A stretch of DNA of 64,000 nucleotides from Owenia fusiformis (Eukaryota), in assembly GCA_903813345.2 (NCBI GenBank), contig CAIIXF020000001.1:35774001-35838000 (forward strand). The letters run 5' to 3'. The position numbers and the translations under genes are program-made. Shown here piece by piece: positions 26,201 through 38,134 of the stretch (position 1 is its first letter; each line of letters starts with the position of its first letter). The notes under the pieces were generated by a model. The model ran no database searches. It saw nothing but the letters and a program-made list of their open reading frames with translations, and had not been told where the DNA came from.

Positions 26201-29200
26201 CACATATCGAATTTTCAGAAACAGAAAAACATGTATAAATAGGAGGCCTGGAGGTCCGAATCCCCTTGGTAGCCTTAGTATTGGTCTCGTGTGCGTCGTA
26301 CAATTAATATTTGAAACACGACTATTATACGAACTTATGATCGGACATAAGTATGATGTGTATTCCAAGGTAGACCAAATTAAAGACAGAATCAGATCTA
26401 GGTAGCAGCCCAACAAAAAATTGTTTCAATTTTAGAATATTGTTGGCTTATGTCATTCCTTTTCATGTCTATCTTCTTAAAATCACCAAAGTGCATACTT
26501 TATTTCAGGAAAACTAAAGATAATTACAATAACATATTATTTTTCTATAAGAATGGTTACCATTCTTATTATTTGGGAGAATAACATTTTTGCACTTTGA
26601 ATCCATCATAACTTCACCAATTTATTACATAACGTGAATCTTTTCGGAGACATTGTATTTGAGATTGGAAGGAATAGATTGGTAGGTCAATTGTACACAT
26701 TGCTTGTAATTTTTTCACCCCCATAGATCTGATTCTGCCTTTAGGTAATATCATACTAATGTCCGATCAGAAGTTTGAATAATAGTTGTGATTCAAATAT
26801 TAATTGTATGACATATACGAGACCAATGTTAATGATACCAGGTGAAATCGGACCTGTAGGCCTTACTATTTATACAAGGGTTGTTCAAAAAGTTTTGCAC
26901 AAATATGTTTAATTGTGAGAATAATGGACCAATCTTGTTCATAGTTGGTCTGTATGTGCCCATACCTTATTCCCTTACACTGTCAAAGTTTCATTTATAT
27001 ACGCTAACTACTTGACATTTTACAGTTGCTATAGTAACCACGGTGATGACGCTATGGTACATATCATTTTGTAAAATATAATTAGTAACATATAAGGATC
27101 AATGTTACTTAGCATGCTAAATTAACTTTCATAAACTGTCAATTTAGATTTAAACAATTTTTAGTATAGTTCTCATGGAAAATGTGAGTCTTATCTCAAT
27201 ATTTCACATCTTGTTTTCTTTGGTTATGTCAAAGAATGACCATAAACATACTCTTCAAACATCTTGAACAAATTACCTGATTTTGTGACGTTATCAAAGT
27301 TCTCATGAATTCAGGAAATATTGGAGAATATGGCTCGGAATAATAAAGTTGGAGCAGAAAACATTGATAAAATTCATGATAAAGAATGGGGAAACAGTAT
27401 TACACAAGTTATATTCATTCATGATTAAGACATATTGCATATGATGACTCCAATAGGGTTTGCTAAGTATTCCAAGATGGAATAAGAGAAGGGAAATGTA
27501 TTGAGGGTAGCTGTAGTTATGAGAGGGCTTGATATCCTATAGGTACTGATTGTTCAGACATTTGCTTATGGACTGGACGTAATGCTACAAGTATAATGCA
27601 TTACTGAAAAGGAAGATCAGATGTTAAGTACTGTATATTTAGATTAAATATAAATTAGTTATAATATAGCCTGACTAACAGCTGAAAGAACAAAGATTGA
27701 CGGAATCATTTCAGTCTATAAAGGCATTCACAAAATCAATTCAATCTAATGACGTCATATGTACCATGGGGCCATTGGTTCAATTTTTTAAGTCAATGTA
27801 TCTCAGGAAGTATATTGCTTATGGTCCTGAAATTTCATATAAGCTTGTAAGAAGGGTAATACTATCTCTGTATGAAATTTCACATTAAAATGATAAAATC
27901 CCTTCTCTTTAGAAGCTGTTGTGCAAGACTTTTCGAACGACCCTTTACATGTTTTTTCTGTTTCGAAATAGTCGATATGTGATGTATATTTCTTAGTTTT
28001 TCAAGGAGATCTACAAATATTTCGTTGCGGTTTTATCTTTAAAATCGTAATTTCAATCATCGTCATTACTTTTCAAACGAGTTACCTTGAAATATCAAGA
28101 CGTCGTGCTATTCTCATACATAGAGAACTCAATGTGACTGTCATTCACAATTTATTAAGCCGTAAAAATTAATTTGCTCCATGGGTGACAAAATATTTCA
28201 AGTTTCCTGATGGATGTCGAGTCTCGTATCACGAATGTAATTTTAGGCGATCTGTCTGCATGGGGTGATAATGGTTTACAAAGCATCAAAAACTATTGGG
28301 AAGATGTAGGAAAGCTATATGTAAAAATAGTATTTCTATAAGATACTAGAATTGATCTTAGTAAAGGATGGAATGAGATGTACCCATCTACAGATCTATA
28401 GGTTAATGAGTGTAAGAGTCGGCCCCATGAGGCCAAGTCAAGTTTTTAATCGATTTAAGAGAATGACAACACATATAAAGAGTTCACTATTATATAGCGA
28501 TGAAGATGATGTATAACATGATTCCAACATAAATAAAAATCAAGCTCATTTTGATGGGATTTCTCATTTTAGGCCGAGCAGTTGAAATAGCATGCCAAAT
28601 CTACGTAGCGGGGTTTGGTTCTATCAACGAGGTGAACATGGTGAGCCAAACTAATTGATCATATATCAGGGTCAAAGTTAACATTATGTGAACGTAAATC
28701 ATGCTTCCCGAACCAAAGCAGGCAAAATATAATCCTCCTGCAAAAGTCCACTTTACATTACATAGGTTAACTTAGCTATTTCATCTCATGCATTACCTCA
28801 AATCATTAAACCTTGCCCATTGTTTTAATCTTTGTAAAATAAAGTTGTTCATAATTGAGCAGTATTTAGCCAGACTAGATAATGTATTAAAGTCAATTAT
28901 TTCATTTTTGCAAAGTTCAATAAAATCCCTTCGTGCATCAGTATGAAGATCACAGTCAGTGAGGATATGCATTTCATCTTCAACCCCTTGTTGACACATG
29001 CATAATCTTTCATGAAGGGGAATGCCTTGAAACCTGCCTGTTTCAACCTTCAGCGGTAAAGTTAATAGCTTGCAAATAATAACGTGTCGTTTCTTTGATA
29101 ATGAACATGCTTGCAATTTAAATTACCATGACATGTTCCTCTTTTGATCTTATAATAAAAAATCTATATTAATTACAGTGTTTTAATGGCGACCTTATAA

Positions 29201-29655
29201 AGTAGTCTATGAATATGGAATTTCTTATTTTTGAGCTTCAGTGACCTATTTTATATCATTTGCCAACATATGTATTATTGAGTTGCAGGCCAAATCGAAA
29301 ATGAGCTGCCTTTTGTATCATCTATGATTTTCATTTTTAGATTAAATTATACCCTTCAGTATCGTAATAAAACAAAAAATATGCACCTTTTCAATGATTT
29401 CCCAGATCTTCAATGATATCATCATTTACAGGATTATTCAATCAGTATCTTTCTACGTCAGCGATGGCATGATCCGAGGCTAGAATTCTCAGCCGATCTG
29501 GGAGAGTATCTCACTCTTGGAGCACAAAGTGTATCTTCAATGTGGATCCCAGCAATATTCTTCCCAAATGAAAAAGCTGCAAGTTTTCACGACATAACTG
29601 TCCCAAACAAAGTGATGAGAATATATCCTAATGGCACAGTGCAATATTCTGTCAG
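23245..29655 (+). CDS. Cys-loop ligand-gated ion channel subunit, GlyR/GluCl/GABA-A anion-channel type (5' part only, exons 1-4)
   Basis: Exons 23245-23342 (signal peptide METLFYSLLAIALLQTVVIIQG), 25182-25267 (..TKLRPYHG), 28573-28640 (AVEIACQIYVAGFGSINEVNM) and 29432-29655 (DYSISIFLRQRWHDPRL..MWIPAIFFPNEKAASFHDITVPNKVMRIYPNGTVQYSVR). Phases are consistent. The Cys-loop and TM exons were not found before the gap. Confidence 0.9.
24568..25157 (-). mobile_element. Internally deleted Tc1/mariner-superfamily element with transposase C-terminal remnant
   Basis: TA|CAGGGTGGTCAAAAAAA..TTTTTTTGACCACCCTG|TA ends with long TIRs. The minus-strand remnant KKRVYKNNPRTTADLKKQI resembles the region after the last catalytic residue in Tc1/maT transposases. 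Confidence 0.8.
25934..28270. mobile_element. Long-TIR foldback element interrupted by a mariner-like MITE
   Basis: The left arm (~25934-26420) is the reverse complement of 26700-26874 joined to 27946-28270, e.g. CCCATGCAGACGGATC vs GATCTGTCTGCATGGG and TCTTGATATTTCAAGGTA vs TACCTTGAAATATCAAGA. Confidence 0.75.
26875..27945. mobile_element. Mariner-like MITE inserted at a TA
   Basis: TA|CAAGGGTTGTTCAAAAAGTTTTGCAC ... GTGCAAGACTTTTCGAACGACCCTT|TA. Removing it rejoins the arm of the host element. Confidence 0.75.
28793..29116 (-). mobile_element. 3' relic of a non-LTR retrotransposon ORF2
   Basis: LPLKVETGRFQGIPLHERLCMCQQGVEDEMHILTDC matches the ETGR..C..C..EDE.H...C C-terminal motif of LINE ORF2 proteins. 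Confidence 0.75.
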
Positions 29656-29954
29656 GTAAGTGCTTCTATTGCGAAGCATTCATTATATTCAACATTTAGA
29701 TATTAAATACATTTTTCAAGAATGATACAAATAAAAGTTTGACAAACTTTGTTTTTCACTTAAGTTAAAAACAATCAAGAAACAAAACAAAAAACGTCGG
29801 TGATATTCTAATTTCGTGATAGAACATAAGCATTCATCCAAATAGGCATTTGACATTGAGACATTGTTACTTATCTTTAATTATTCATGTTACTATATTG
29901 GGGATCCAAATAATTTCACTAATGAAAAAGTTGGAGCAGCACAGTGATCAGCTC

Positions 29955-30492
29955 GCTATTATCACATCGGGATAGTCTGAGAACGGTTAAGTCAGATACC
30001 GTTGTCACAAATGGCGGACATAACTGTCGCTTCAACTGTTTAATCATCACCTGGTCCTCATTTCATGAGATTTTATCATCGCTAATTCTGTGCATGTATT
30101 AAGCTCTTGTGATGATGTTTCATATGAAATCCCAATTTCGATCAAATGGGTCGTGAATCGCCACAATATAGTGTCTTCGATATCGTCAACGACAACGGAA
30201 TCTGAATTTGAGTAATTTAGAAAGACAACGGCATATGGTAATTACAGTGTCCGTTGTCCTGTATCTCATTTTGATCGGTTAAATTAAAGACTTTATTCCG
30301 ATGGTAGAACATTATTAACTGTACAATGAGTATTAAGACACTTTGTTTGATTGTTGTTCCAAAGGAATTTAGTCTAGGTGCTCTATTAAACATGCAGTTC
30401 ATGAAAATCTAATTGAAGCGACGGTATGTCCACCATTTGTGACAACGGTATCTGACTTTACCGTTGTCAGGCTATTCCGGTGTGATTATAGC
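29955..30492. mobile_element. Palindromic MITE (shorter related copy at ~60078-60258)
   Basis: ~70-bp TIR GCTAT.ATCACA.CGG.ATAG.CTGA.AACGGT.AAGTCAGATACCGTTGTCACAAATGG.GGACATA, inverted at ~30424-30492. Confidence 0.75.
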
Positions 30493-33400
30493 CATATCAA
30501 TAAAAACACTAATTGTATGCAGCTCGGCATATCAGACAGGAAATACCATAATAGGATGTACATATAATAGCGCAATTCTCTCAACACTCTTGTATCTACA
30601 GGTTATAAATATATGTATATATTCAACTATTTTAGATGTTAAGTAATTACAATTGTTTAAGCAATTTTTCCTTGGCTGTGTCCATTTAGACATTACTAGC
30701 CAAATTTTTACATGATATCAATAGGCAAATTAAGCATTTATTAACTTCCTATGTGTGACATTCCCAGGAATGTTAGCTCCTATCGGTCGCTGACAGCCAT
30801 CTCCAGATATTTACAGCTAAGCTGTAACAAGGAAAAGTTAGTTTCGGGGGGGGGGGGGTAGTATTTGGAGCCATAATATAGGAAAGTATTTATCTTACGG
30901 GTTTGATTCATGTCTTTAAAATGAAGTAAAGGGTAATCTTTGGACAATATTTCTATTAACTGATTGATGAATGTTTTAGTGAGATCACATCTAAATAGAA
31001 AGTATGTCTTAGTGTTTCTGACTCTTTTCCACAGGCGCAGATAGTAATTACAATTTATCAACATTCTATTTGTTCTTCAACATGTTTTTTAATGGATTGG
31101 TAATCAGTATGAATGGAATACCCAAATGGTCTTGTAGTCTTGGATTGTGATTATGATTCCTGCATTAGAGTGATAGAAATTGTTCCGGTAGCCTCCTACA
31201 CGTTGGATCTAAGCTTGGGGTGTTTGGGGTTTCTTTTCTTTTTCCTGGTTGTTCTCTAAAGCTATTTCATTGACGTGTTCCCTTTGACAGGTCTTAATTA
31301 TTTCTCCTTGCATTTGAATATTACATCTCCTGTAAGACACGTAACGTGTTTGGATAAATGAATGACTATCTACGCGAACTGAAATTCATTTATGAACAAT
31401 GGCACTGTATCATATTAGAATAGTCATTATAAGTATGACTGTTGGCAAACACTAAAAACGAACACCAAGACAGACAGCTGAGATATTAAAATACATTTTC
31501 CAAGAATGATACAAATAAAAGTTTGACAAAATTGCCATTAGTTTTTCACTTAAGTTATGCCATTCATCAACAAAAACACCGATGACAGCAGTAAAATAAA
31601 CAAATCGTCCCTCTAGTTTTAAAAGGTTCTATGTCCAATTGTACTATATTTGAGAAAATGGAGAACAAACATTTAGGTTCCTCTATCTTTGTGATACAGT
31701 AAAGTAGAATGTTGACAAGAATGCTCATGCATTATATAGCCAAGAAGAATCATTCCTGATCAGGATGGCAAGAAATGCCAATGTTTAAGGCAATTTTTAA
31801 AAAAAATGCTTTTGGAGATAGAACCTTTTGCATCTGTAACGCAACGATCGGTTCATTTGATGGAGATAGAACGTTTCATTACCCTGGAATACAGTGTCCC
31901 TCTGTTACTACAAGGTCCTATGTCCACTTATATCATATTTGAGAAAACGCAAACCAAACATTGAGGTTCGTATATCATTGTAAAAACAGAATAAAAAGTC
32001 TTTAAGCCTCAATCAGTCAAGAAGAATTATTATTGTTCAGGATAGCAAGAAATACCAATGTTTTAGGCTATTTAAAAAATGATTTTGTAAAACCTTTTAT
32101 TACCTGGGAATAAAGAGTATAGTCAATTCGATAAAGCTCTCTTTTAAGAAGAAAGTCACACTATTGTGAAGGGTAACCTCTTTTAACGAAATAGATGATT
32201 TATGAATAGCTTCATAAACTACAAGGAGTACAATTCAATAAATATTGAACCCAACAAATTTTTCAAAAAATAATTAAGTGATGTTTTATTATAAAAATAA
32301 ATTGTATTTCAAAATAAACTATGACATGCATAAAAATTACATAAAAATAACAAGAGCTGTGATTTTTCTTTGACATTTTAAGAGTAAAAAGTGGTTAATG
32401 ATAGATACATGGGAAAAGCAATTTTGTTATGCAAATGGTGAACTAATTGATGGAATTAATTGGGATAACTTTAAGACCAAAATAGATTATAAAGGAACCA
32501 ACTTCAATTAGAAAATAATTAATAGAATATTAACCTGTAAATGTAAACTGCTAATATTTGTAAAACACATAGTTGTGAGTCTGGAATATTATCCAAGATA
32601 ATTAATCAAAATTAAGAATTGCATATAATATCAATGAACACAAATGTATATTACATGTAGAACATAGTATTTCAAGTAACAAAAAAGTTCTACACATTTA
32701 AGAAAAACATTTTCAGATTTTAGACTAACATGTCCCGTGATATTGCAAGATTTGGTCTTCCTGAAACCTTCATGTTGTAAGTCAAATACTTTCAATTGAA
32801 AAAGATTTCCTGAACTTTTCCTTCGGTGGTTCAATTTGAAGTGAAAGTAATGTATTTCAAATACAGCATGTGAGCATTACAAAGAGCTGACAAATATTCT
32901 TTGATAAAATCCCTTGAAAATTGAAATTGGTAAGAAATACCTGAGATTTCTTTCAACAACAGGGAAAAATACATTTTCTCTGATTTTTCCCCTGACTGTA
33001 AGACCCTTGCATCAGAAATATTCCTTAGGCATGTTAGATAAAGTGAATCCTTCCAGGTTTTTCTGTTACGAACCAAGATTACTAATTCTAAGATTAAGTT
33101 TCTTCACATTACTTTATGTGTACTTCAGGGTGAGCCAAAAACGTCCATATTTTTATTGTAAAATTGTTCCATCAAATATTGTGGATTTCCATGTTAAATT
33201 CTCTCATCCAAACACCCCTGAGTTCTATTATTAATCATGCCATTTTCATGATGTTTTGGGAACAATTGCACAATTGATTCCTATATCTCCAGCAAAAACA
33301 TTTTTGATATGTAAGCCTTATTCAAACGTTCTTTCCCAATAAAAATATGGAGATTTTTTGGCTCATTCTGTAGATGGTGTTTAAGTCAAATGAAAGATTA

Positions 33401-33655
33401 CGAAATTTTATATGAAAGGTACATAATTTACCCATTAACATAATATCTGTATAAATTAAATCTAGTTTTATATCATTATACAAGATCTATCTAGCCTAGA
33501 GTACAAACGTAACATATGATTTCTATAAAAATACATAAACATTTTGGATGGCACATTATACTTGCAAAAAAGAATTACATATATAAAAAATATTTTGGGT
33601 TATGGCAATGACGATTTCACCAAATGTCATTTTTCCTAGCCTCTATTTTTGCAGA

Positions 33656-36368
33656 TTACTTTTGTTTGCATCTTTTACTCTTTGATTCTTTTCCTGATCC
33701 TTTTTCGTTTGTGTTCCCTTTTCTTGTAGTCTCCTGGGTTTCATTTTGTTTACACCTTTTACTCTTTGGTTCTTTGGCTGATCCTTTTCCACCTGCGTTC
33801 CTCTTTCTTGAAGTTTCCTGAGATTCCTTTTGTTTACACCTTTTACTCCTTTGTTCTTTGGCTGATCCTTTTCCGTCTGCATTCATCTTTCTTAAAGTCT
33901 CCTGAGATTCATTTTGTTTACACCTTTTACTCCTTTGTTCTTTGGCCGATCCTTTTCCGTCTGCGTTCCTCTTTCTTAAAGTCTCCAGAGATTCCTTTTG
34001 TTTACAACTTTTACTTCTTCGTTCGTTTACAATTTTTGTTCTTTCTATTCTCTTTTTTCTTCTAGTGTCATCATATTCTACTTCCAGTTCCTTGACCAGT
34101 ACTCTCTTCTTTTGTGTAATACATTTTGGTCCAGCAATCTCTGCCATTATCTCTTTATCCTCACCGCTCATGAACTTGAGCATATCATGTATATCATCTC
34201 GTTTCTCCTTTGTCACATGTGACTTGCAATTTAGCTTACTGACCTTTGGCCACTTTGCTTCTGCATGTTTGGTTGGTGTATTTTGTTGTGATCTTTTTCT
34301 CGTAGGTCGATGCAGTGACACCTGCATAGGACTTTGATCAAATCCACAGCGATACTCCAGTGAGAATGGAGCATTACTGCTGTAGGTTAATTGTTTAACC
34401 TTAGTGAATGGAACACTTCTGAAATCGAACTGCTCACTAGCTTTCTTGAAATCCTTAAAATCCTTCTGGTTTCATTTCATGAACATTGTAGGGCTTGGTC
34501 TCATGTGCTCCCTTAATGGTATCAACATATCCCTTTGGACTGAATATATCCTTTGGCTTGATCGATCTCTCAATTATGCTATGCATGGCATCAACTTCCT
34601 GTATCTCACTGTGGCTGTGTTCCCCAAATTTCTGATTCACTGTAAATGGTGGTTTTCTGTCTGCAAAAGGAATCAACATGTCCTTAATGGCCATGCTCAT
34701 GATTGAGTTTTTATTCTGTGCGACACAGGAGTCAGACCAAACATTTAAAGTGTCTACATCTGGTGTGTCAGTAACAAATGTTTTTATGGCATTGACTGCA
34801 GAACTCGCAATCTCATTGGCACCTCTTCCAGCCTCATTTTCATTCCATGTACAGCATGTGCCTGTCTTTTCATCCATGTATTGTGTGGAAAATGTCATGT
34901 TAAAGACACCAAGTTTTCTCTTATAGTAAAATGAACTAATATTGGCTTTTGGGCAGGTCAGCACACTTTGTAGATCCATACAAATAGTTGCTTGCTTACT
35001 GCTGTTAATTTTTCTGTCCTTTTGTCGTTCTGCATGAGTTAGCTCTTTTTCTTTTCTATGTTTTTTATATTTATTCTCGAGGTCTTCATTTACTACATGT
35101 GGGTTCTTTTTCTCTATTTTATACTGCTCGCAGAGGTCACACAGGTCTTTTTTCGGCTTAAAAAAACTTAAGTTGTATTCTTCGTTGAATACTTTTCTAT
35201 ATATGTTTTCTTTCACAGGCTCTTGACCCCTTTTAATCATACTTTCCTGATACAAGCGAAACATTTTTCTTACTGTCAGAGTACTGTCTAAGTACTTTCG
35301 CTTTGACTTACTGCGGCAGTAGTGAGACTCTACAACAGGAAAACTTTCGATATGTTTTCGAACATCATCTTTTTGTCTTACACTTGTTGAGTTCTTTGCA
35401 TGCATTCCTTGTTTTTTTCCCCTTGGCAAAGTTTTAACATCTATATTACATTTTCTATCATGCATATTTATTACAGTTCTCTGTGATATGTCTAATGTGC
35501 TAAGATAATACTCCTTGCAGACCCTCACATATGTGTCATTCACTGGAAAGAAATAAAGCATAGTAAACTGTCTTCTTGATTTAACTGCTTTTGTTCTATG
35601 TCTTTGCTTCACTATCTTTTTAGTAGTTTTGTTTAGAAAATGGTCTTTGTCTCTTGTATCTAATTTCCAGTATGCTTGGTGAATTTTCTCTCTTTCACAT
35701 TTACTTATGTTGAGACTGCATTTAAATCTGCATTTTCCCATACAATCTTTTCTAGTTTTTACTTTCCGTGCTGGTCTGATATTTCCCTTTACATTTTTGT
35801 ACTCTTCACCATGCTGTCTTCGTCTTTGGTTGATATTTCGTTCCCATTTATCGGGATTACGCATCCGTTTCCTTGTCAACTTTTTTTGAGCACCTATATT
35901 TGACATGTTTACATTTTCACAATTGATGATGTTTGCAAGGCCAGATTGAGAAATGGTATTTAATCTGTTACCAGGATCAACATTATTACTTGAGCCTGAC
36001 ACAATATTGTCACCAAGATTGAAAATATTTTTTGAGTCAGACATAATATTGTCACCAAGATTGGAAATATTATTTGAGCTAGGATTGACTTGATCTGTTG
36101 ACTCAAAAACAGTACTATCATCACAATTGACTTGAGTTTGTGGTTGGTGAACAGTTATGTTGCAAGGATTAGCATGAACACTTGACTCGTGACTATTTTC
36201 ATTCAGACATAACATGTCAACCAAAACAGAGTTATTAGTTTCACACTCAATTTTACTAGTGTTGTCATTATCAGATAGAACATCTATGGTTCTGGTATTT
36301 AAAACAGTTTTAACATAAGTATGGTCATCCATGGTTTTTACATCATCACTCTGCTCCATGGCAGTCAT
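33656..36368 (-). CDS. Sola-type DDD transposase (~900 aa when one +1 frameshift at ~34462-34465 is corrected)
   Basis: Motifs RKR.RNP..W.RN, C..KCRFKC, VCKEYYLSTLDIS, HIESFPVVESHYCR..YL, FN..YNLSF.KPKKDLCDLC, DLQSVL..P, YYKRKL, W.E.EAGRGANEIAS, WSDSCVAQNKN and HSHS..EVDAMHS. After the frameshift the frame continues DFKDFKK..VPFTKVKQL into ORF 33656-34327 (KEKRDDIHDML). Confidence 0.85.
33658..34025 (-). repeat. 84-bp (28-aa) in-frame tandem repeat, ~4.4 copies, at the transposase C-terminus
   Basis: TTTGTTTACACCTTTTACTC recurs every 84 bp (~33745, ~33829, ~33913). The unit translates as RSKRCKQ.ESQET.RK.NA.GKGSAKE. Confidence 0.9.
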
Positions 36369-36974
36369 GTCCTAGAAAAGGCGCCAGTCAATGTCTGGTA
36401 ATCTGAAATCGTAGCAGAGATATGTATCATTAAGTACATGATATTTTAGGTATTTTATATTTTGGTAAGGAGCTGAAGAATCGGAAATGGTATATGTAGA
36501 TGTATTTCGGTTATGAAATTATTATATATTGTTAATGTGTTTGAAGTTATCTGGAGGAAGGTAATGCACATTGCCACTGTTCATGATTTAATAACATTGA
36601 ACAATTCCAATTACATTCTAAATTCAGCTTTTGATTCAAACCTGATCATGTTTTCTGTATTCTATTTATTATCTATTTATTTATTAACTTAGAATTTCCC
36701 TTTATATAATTGGAACTCTAGGTAAGTCTTGGTGCATCCACATTGTTACAAGTACAATAAATAATATACATGGGTTAAAATCCATCAATTCACTAAAATC
36801 AATGGGTATCAAATTTTTAAAACCTTCTTTTTTTAAAACATTATTGGTTACTCTTGTAAAAATCGTTTTGAAATAGTATTGAAAATTGCCCATATATCTC
36901 ATCCCCCATTTATGTATGCATCATCACCCAGTATCCATTTAAGTTTTCCCATGGACAATGATACAAACCTTTTT

Positions 36975-38134
36975 CTAAAAAAACACCTCAAATGTTTCCC
37001 TGGTAAAAGTTGGGAACAGGGAAAGTCCAAAATATATAAGGTCCTTCTGAATGGTTGTCAATGCTAGAGTTTCCGAAAATATGAATTCTATTCCTTGGCA
37101 GTCCAATACTATGAGTTCACCAAATCTGCATTTAGCACACAGTTCAAAAATACTTCTGGCTGTAATTCCAGTATGGGACATATGGATCTGTTCTACATTC
37201 TTGCAGTACTTCAATGAGGCAATGTCATCACTAACCAAATTATTGCAGTGCTCTATGGACAGAACCTTCAAATTTGGTGTAAATCGTAGGAATGTCAATG
37301 TAGAAATACTTGTGGTATCCAGCATGAGATAATATAGATTTGTGCTAAATGTTAGGCTCTGTATCAGATGATTATCGAAATCTGTGGGGTCAACACATAT
37401 TTCTACGGCTCCACATATATATATTTCTTCAAATTGTTCAGAATGTTTTGATAGCTGTAGCAATTGCTTTTCCCCTATTTCACTATTGCATAGTGATACA
37501 CATCTGAAGAGTCGATTGGATCCATCAATAATGGCTTCAAATCTTTTACAGACGAGGGATACATTGAGAACATCTTTGGTTTCAAGCTTTTTGGAAAATG
37601 TAGACTTTGTATAAAAACCTCCTACCTCATACCCACCTACCCACCTACGTGGAAAATGATACAGTCATTGAAGGGTTCAATGTTAAAATTTATGAATCTC
37701 AAAATAGCTCAAATTATTAACATTTCTACAATACCTGCTTTATTTTATGACTAGACAGGTGACAGATCCACAAATAAAGGCATGGATACATTTTATGTGT
37801 TATGACCCAAGGGTGACCCAGGGGAATAACTAAGGACCTCGAGCATAGGTCCAACAGGCCAGATAAAGAAATTGAAAGAAAGTGTGCCTAATTCGATGGC
37901 CCGAGTGGGAATGGAACCCAGCTGGAATGTAGTAGCAAGTGCTATCAAAGGTCGTTACAAATGCATCTATAATTCATCATAAACTAAGATTTAATAAACT
38001 AAGATCTTTAAAATTGAACCCTTCAAAGACTTTATCATGTCCAACGTATGTGGGTAGGTGGGTATGAGGTAGGAGGTTTTTTATACAAAGCCGAAAATGT
38101 AATCCAACACTTCTGGTGGTAATGCGTTCAACAT
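36975..38134 (-). pseudogene. F-box/leucine-rich-repeat ORF inside the Sola element, disrupted by a MITE and homopolymer frameshifts
   Basis: MLNALPPEVLDYIF (38134-38093) joins (Q K)LETKDVLNVSLVCKRFEAII (from ~37593) to form an F-box. It is followed by LRR-like FLRFTPNLKVLSIEHCNNL..LKYCKNVEQIHMSHTGIT..LIVLDCQGI (ORF 36975-37463). Confidence 0.8.
37603..38092. mobile_element. Mutator (MULE)-type MITE with 9-bp TSD
   Basis: TSD GAAAATGTA at 37594-37602 and 38093-38101. The TIR is G(A/G)CTTTGTATAAAAACCTCCTACCTCATACCCACCTACCCAC, with inverted similarity extending about 90 bp. Confidence 0.9.

Noticed and set aside
33624..35903. Plus-strand hydrophobic ORFs over the transposase
   Set aside because: Antisense shadows of the Lys-rich transposase and its 84-bp repeat.
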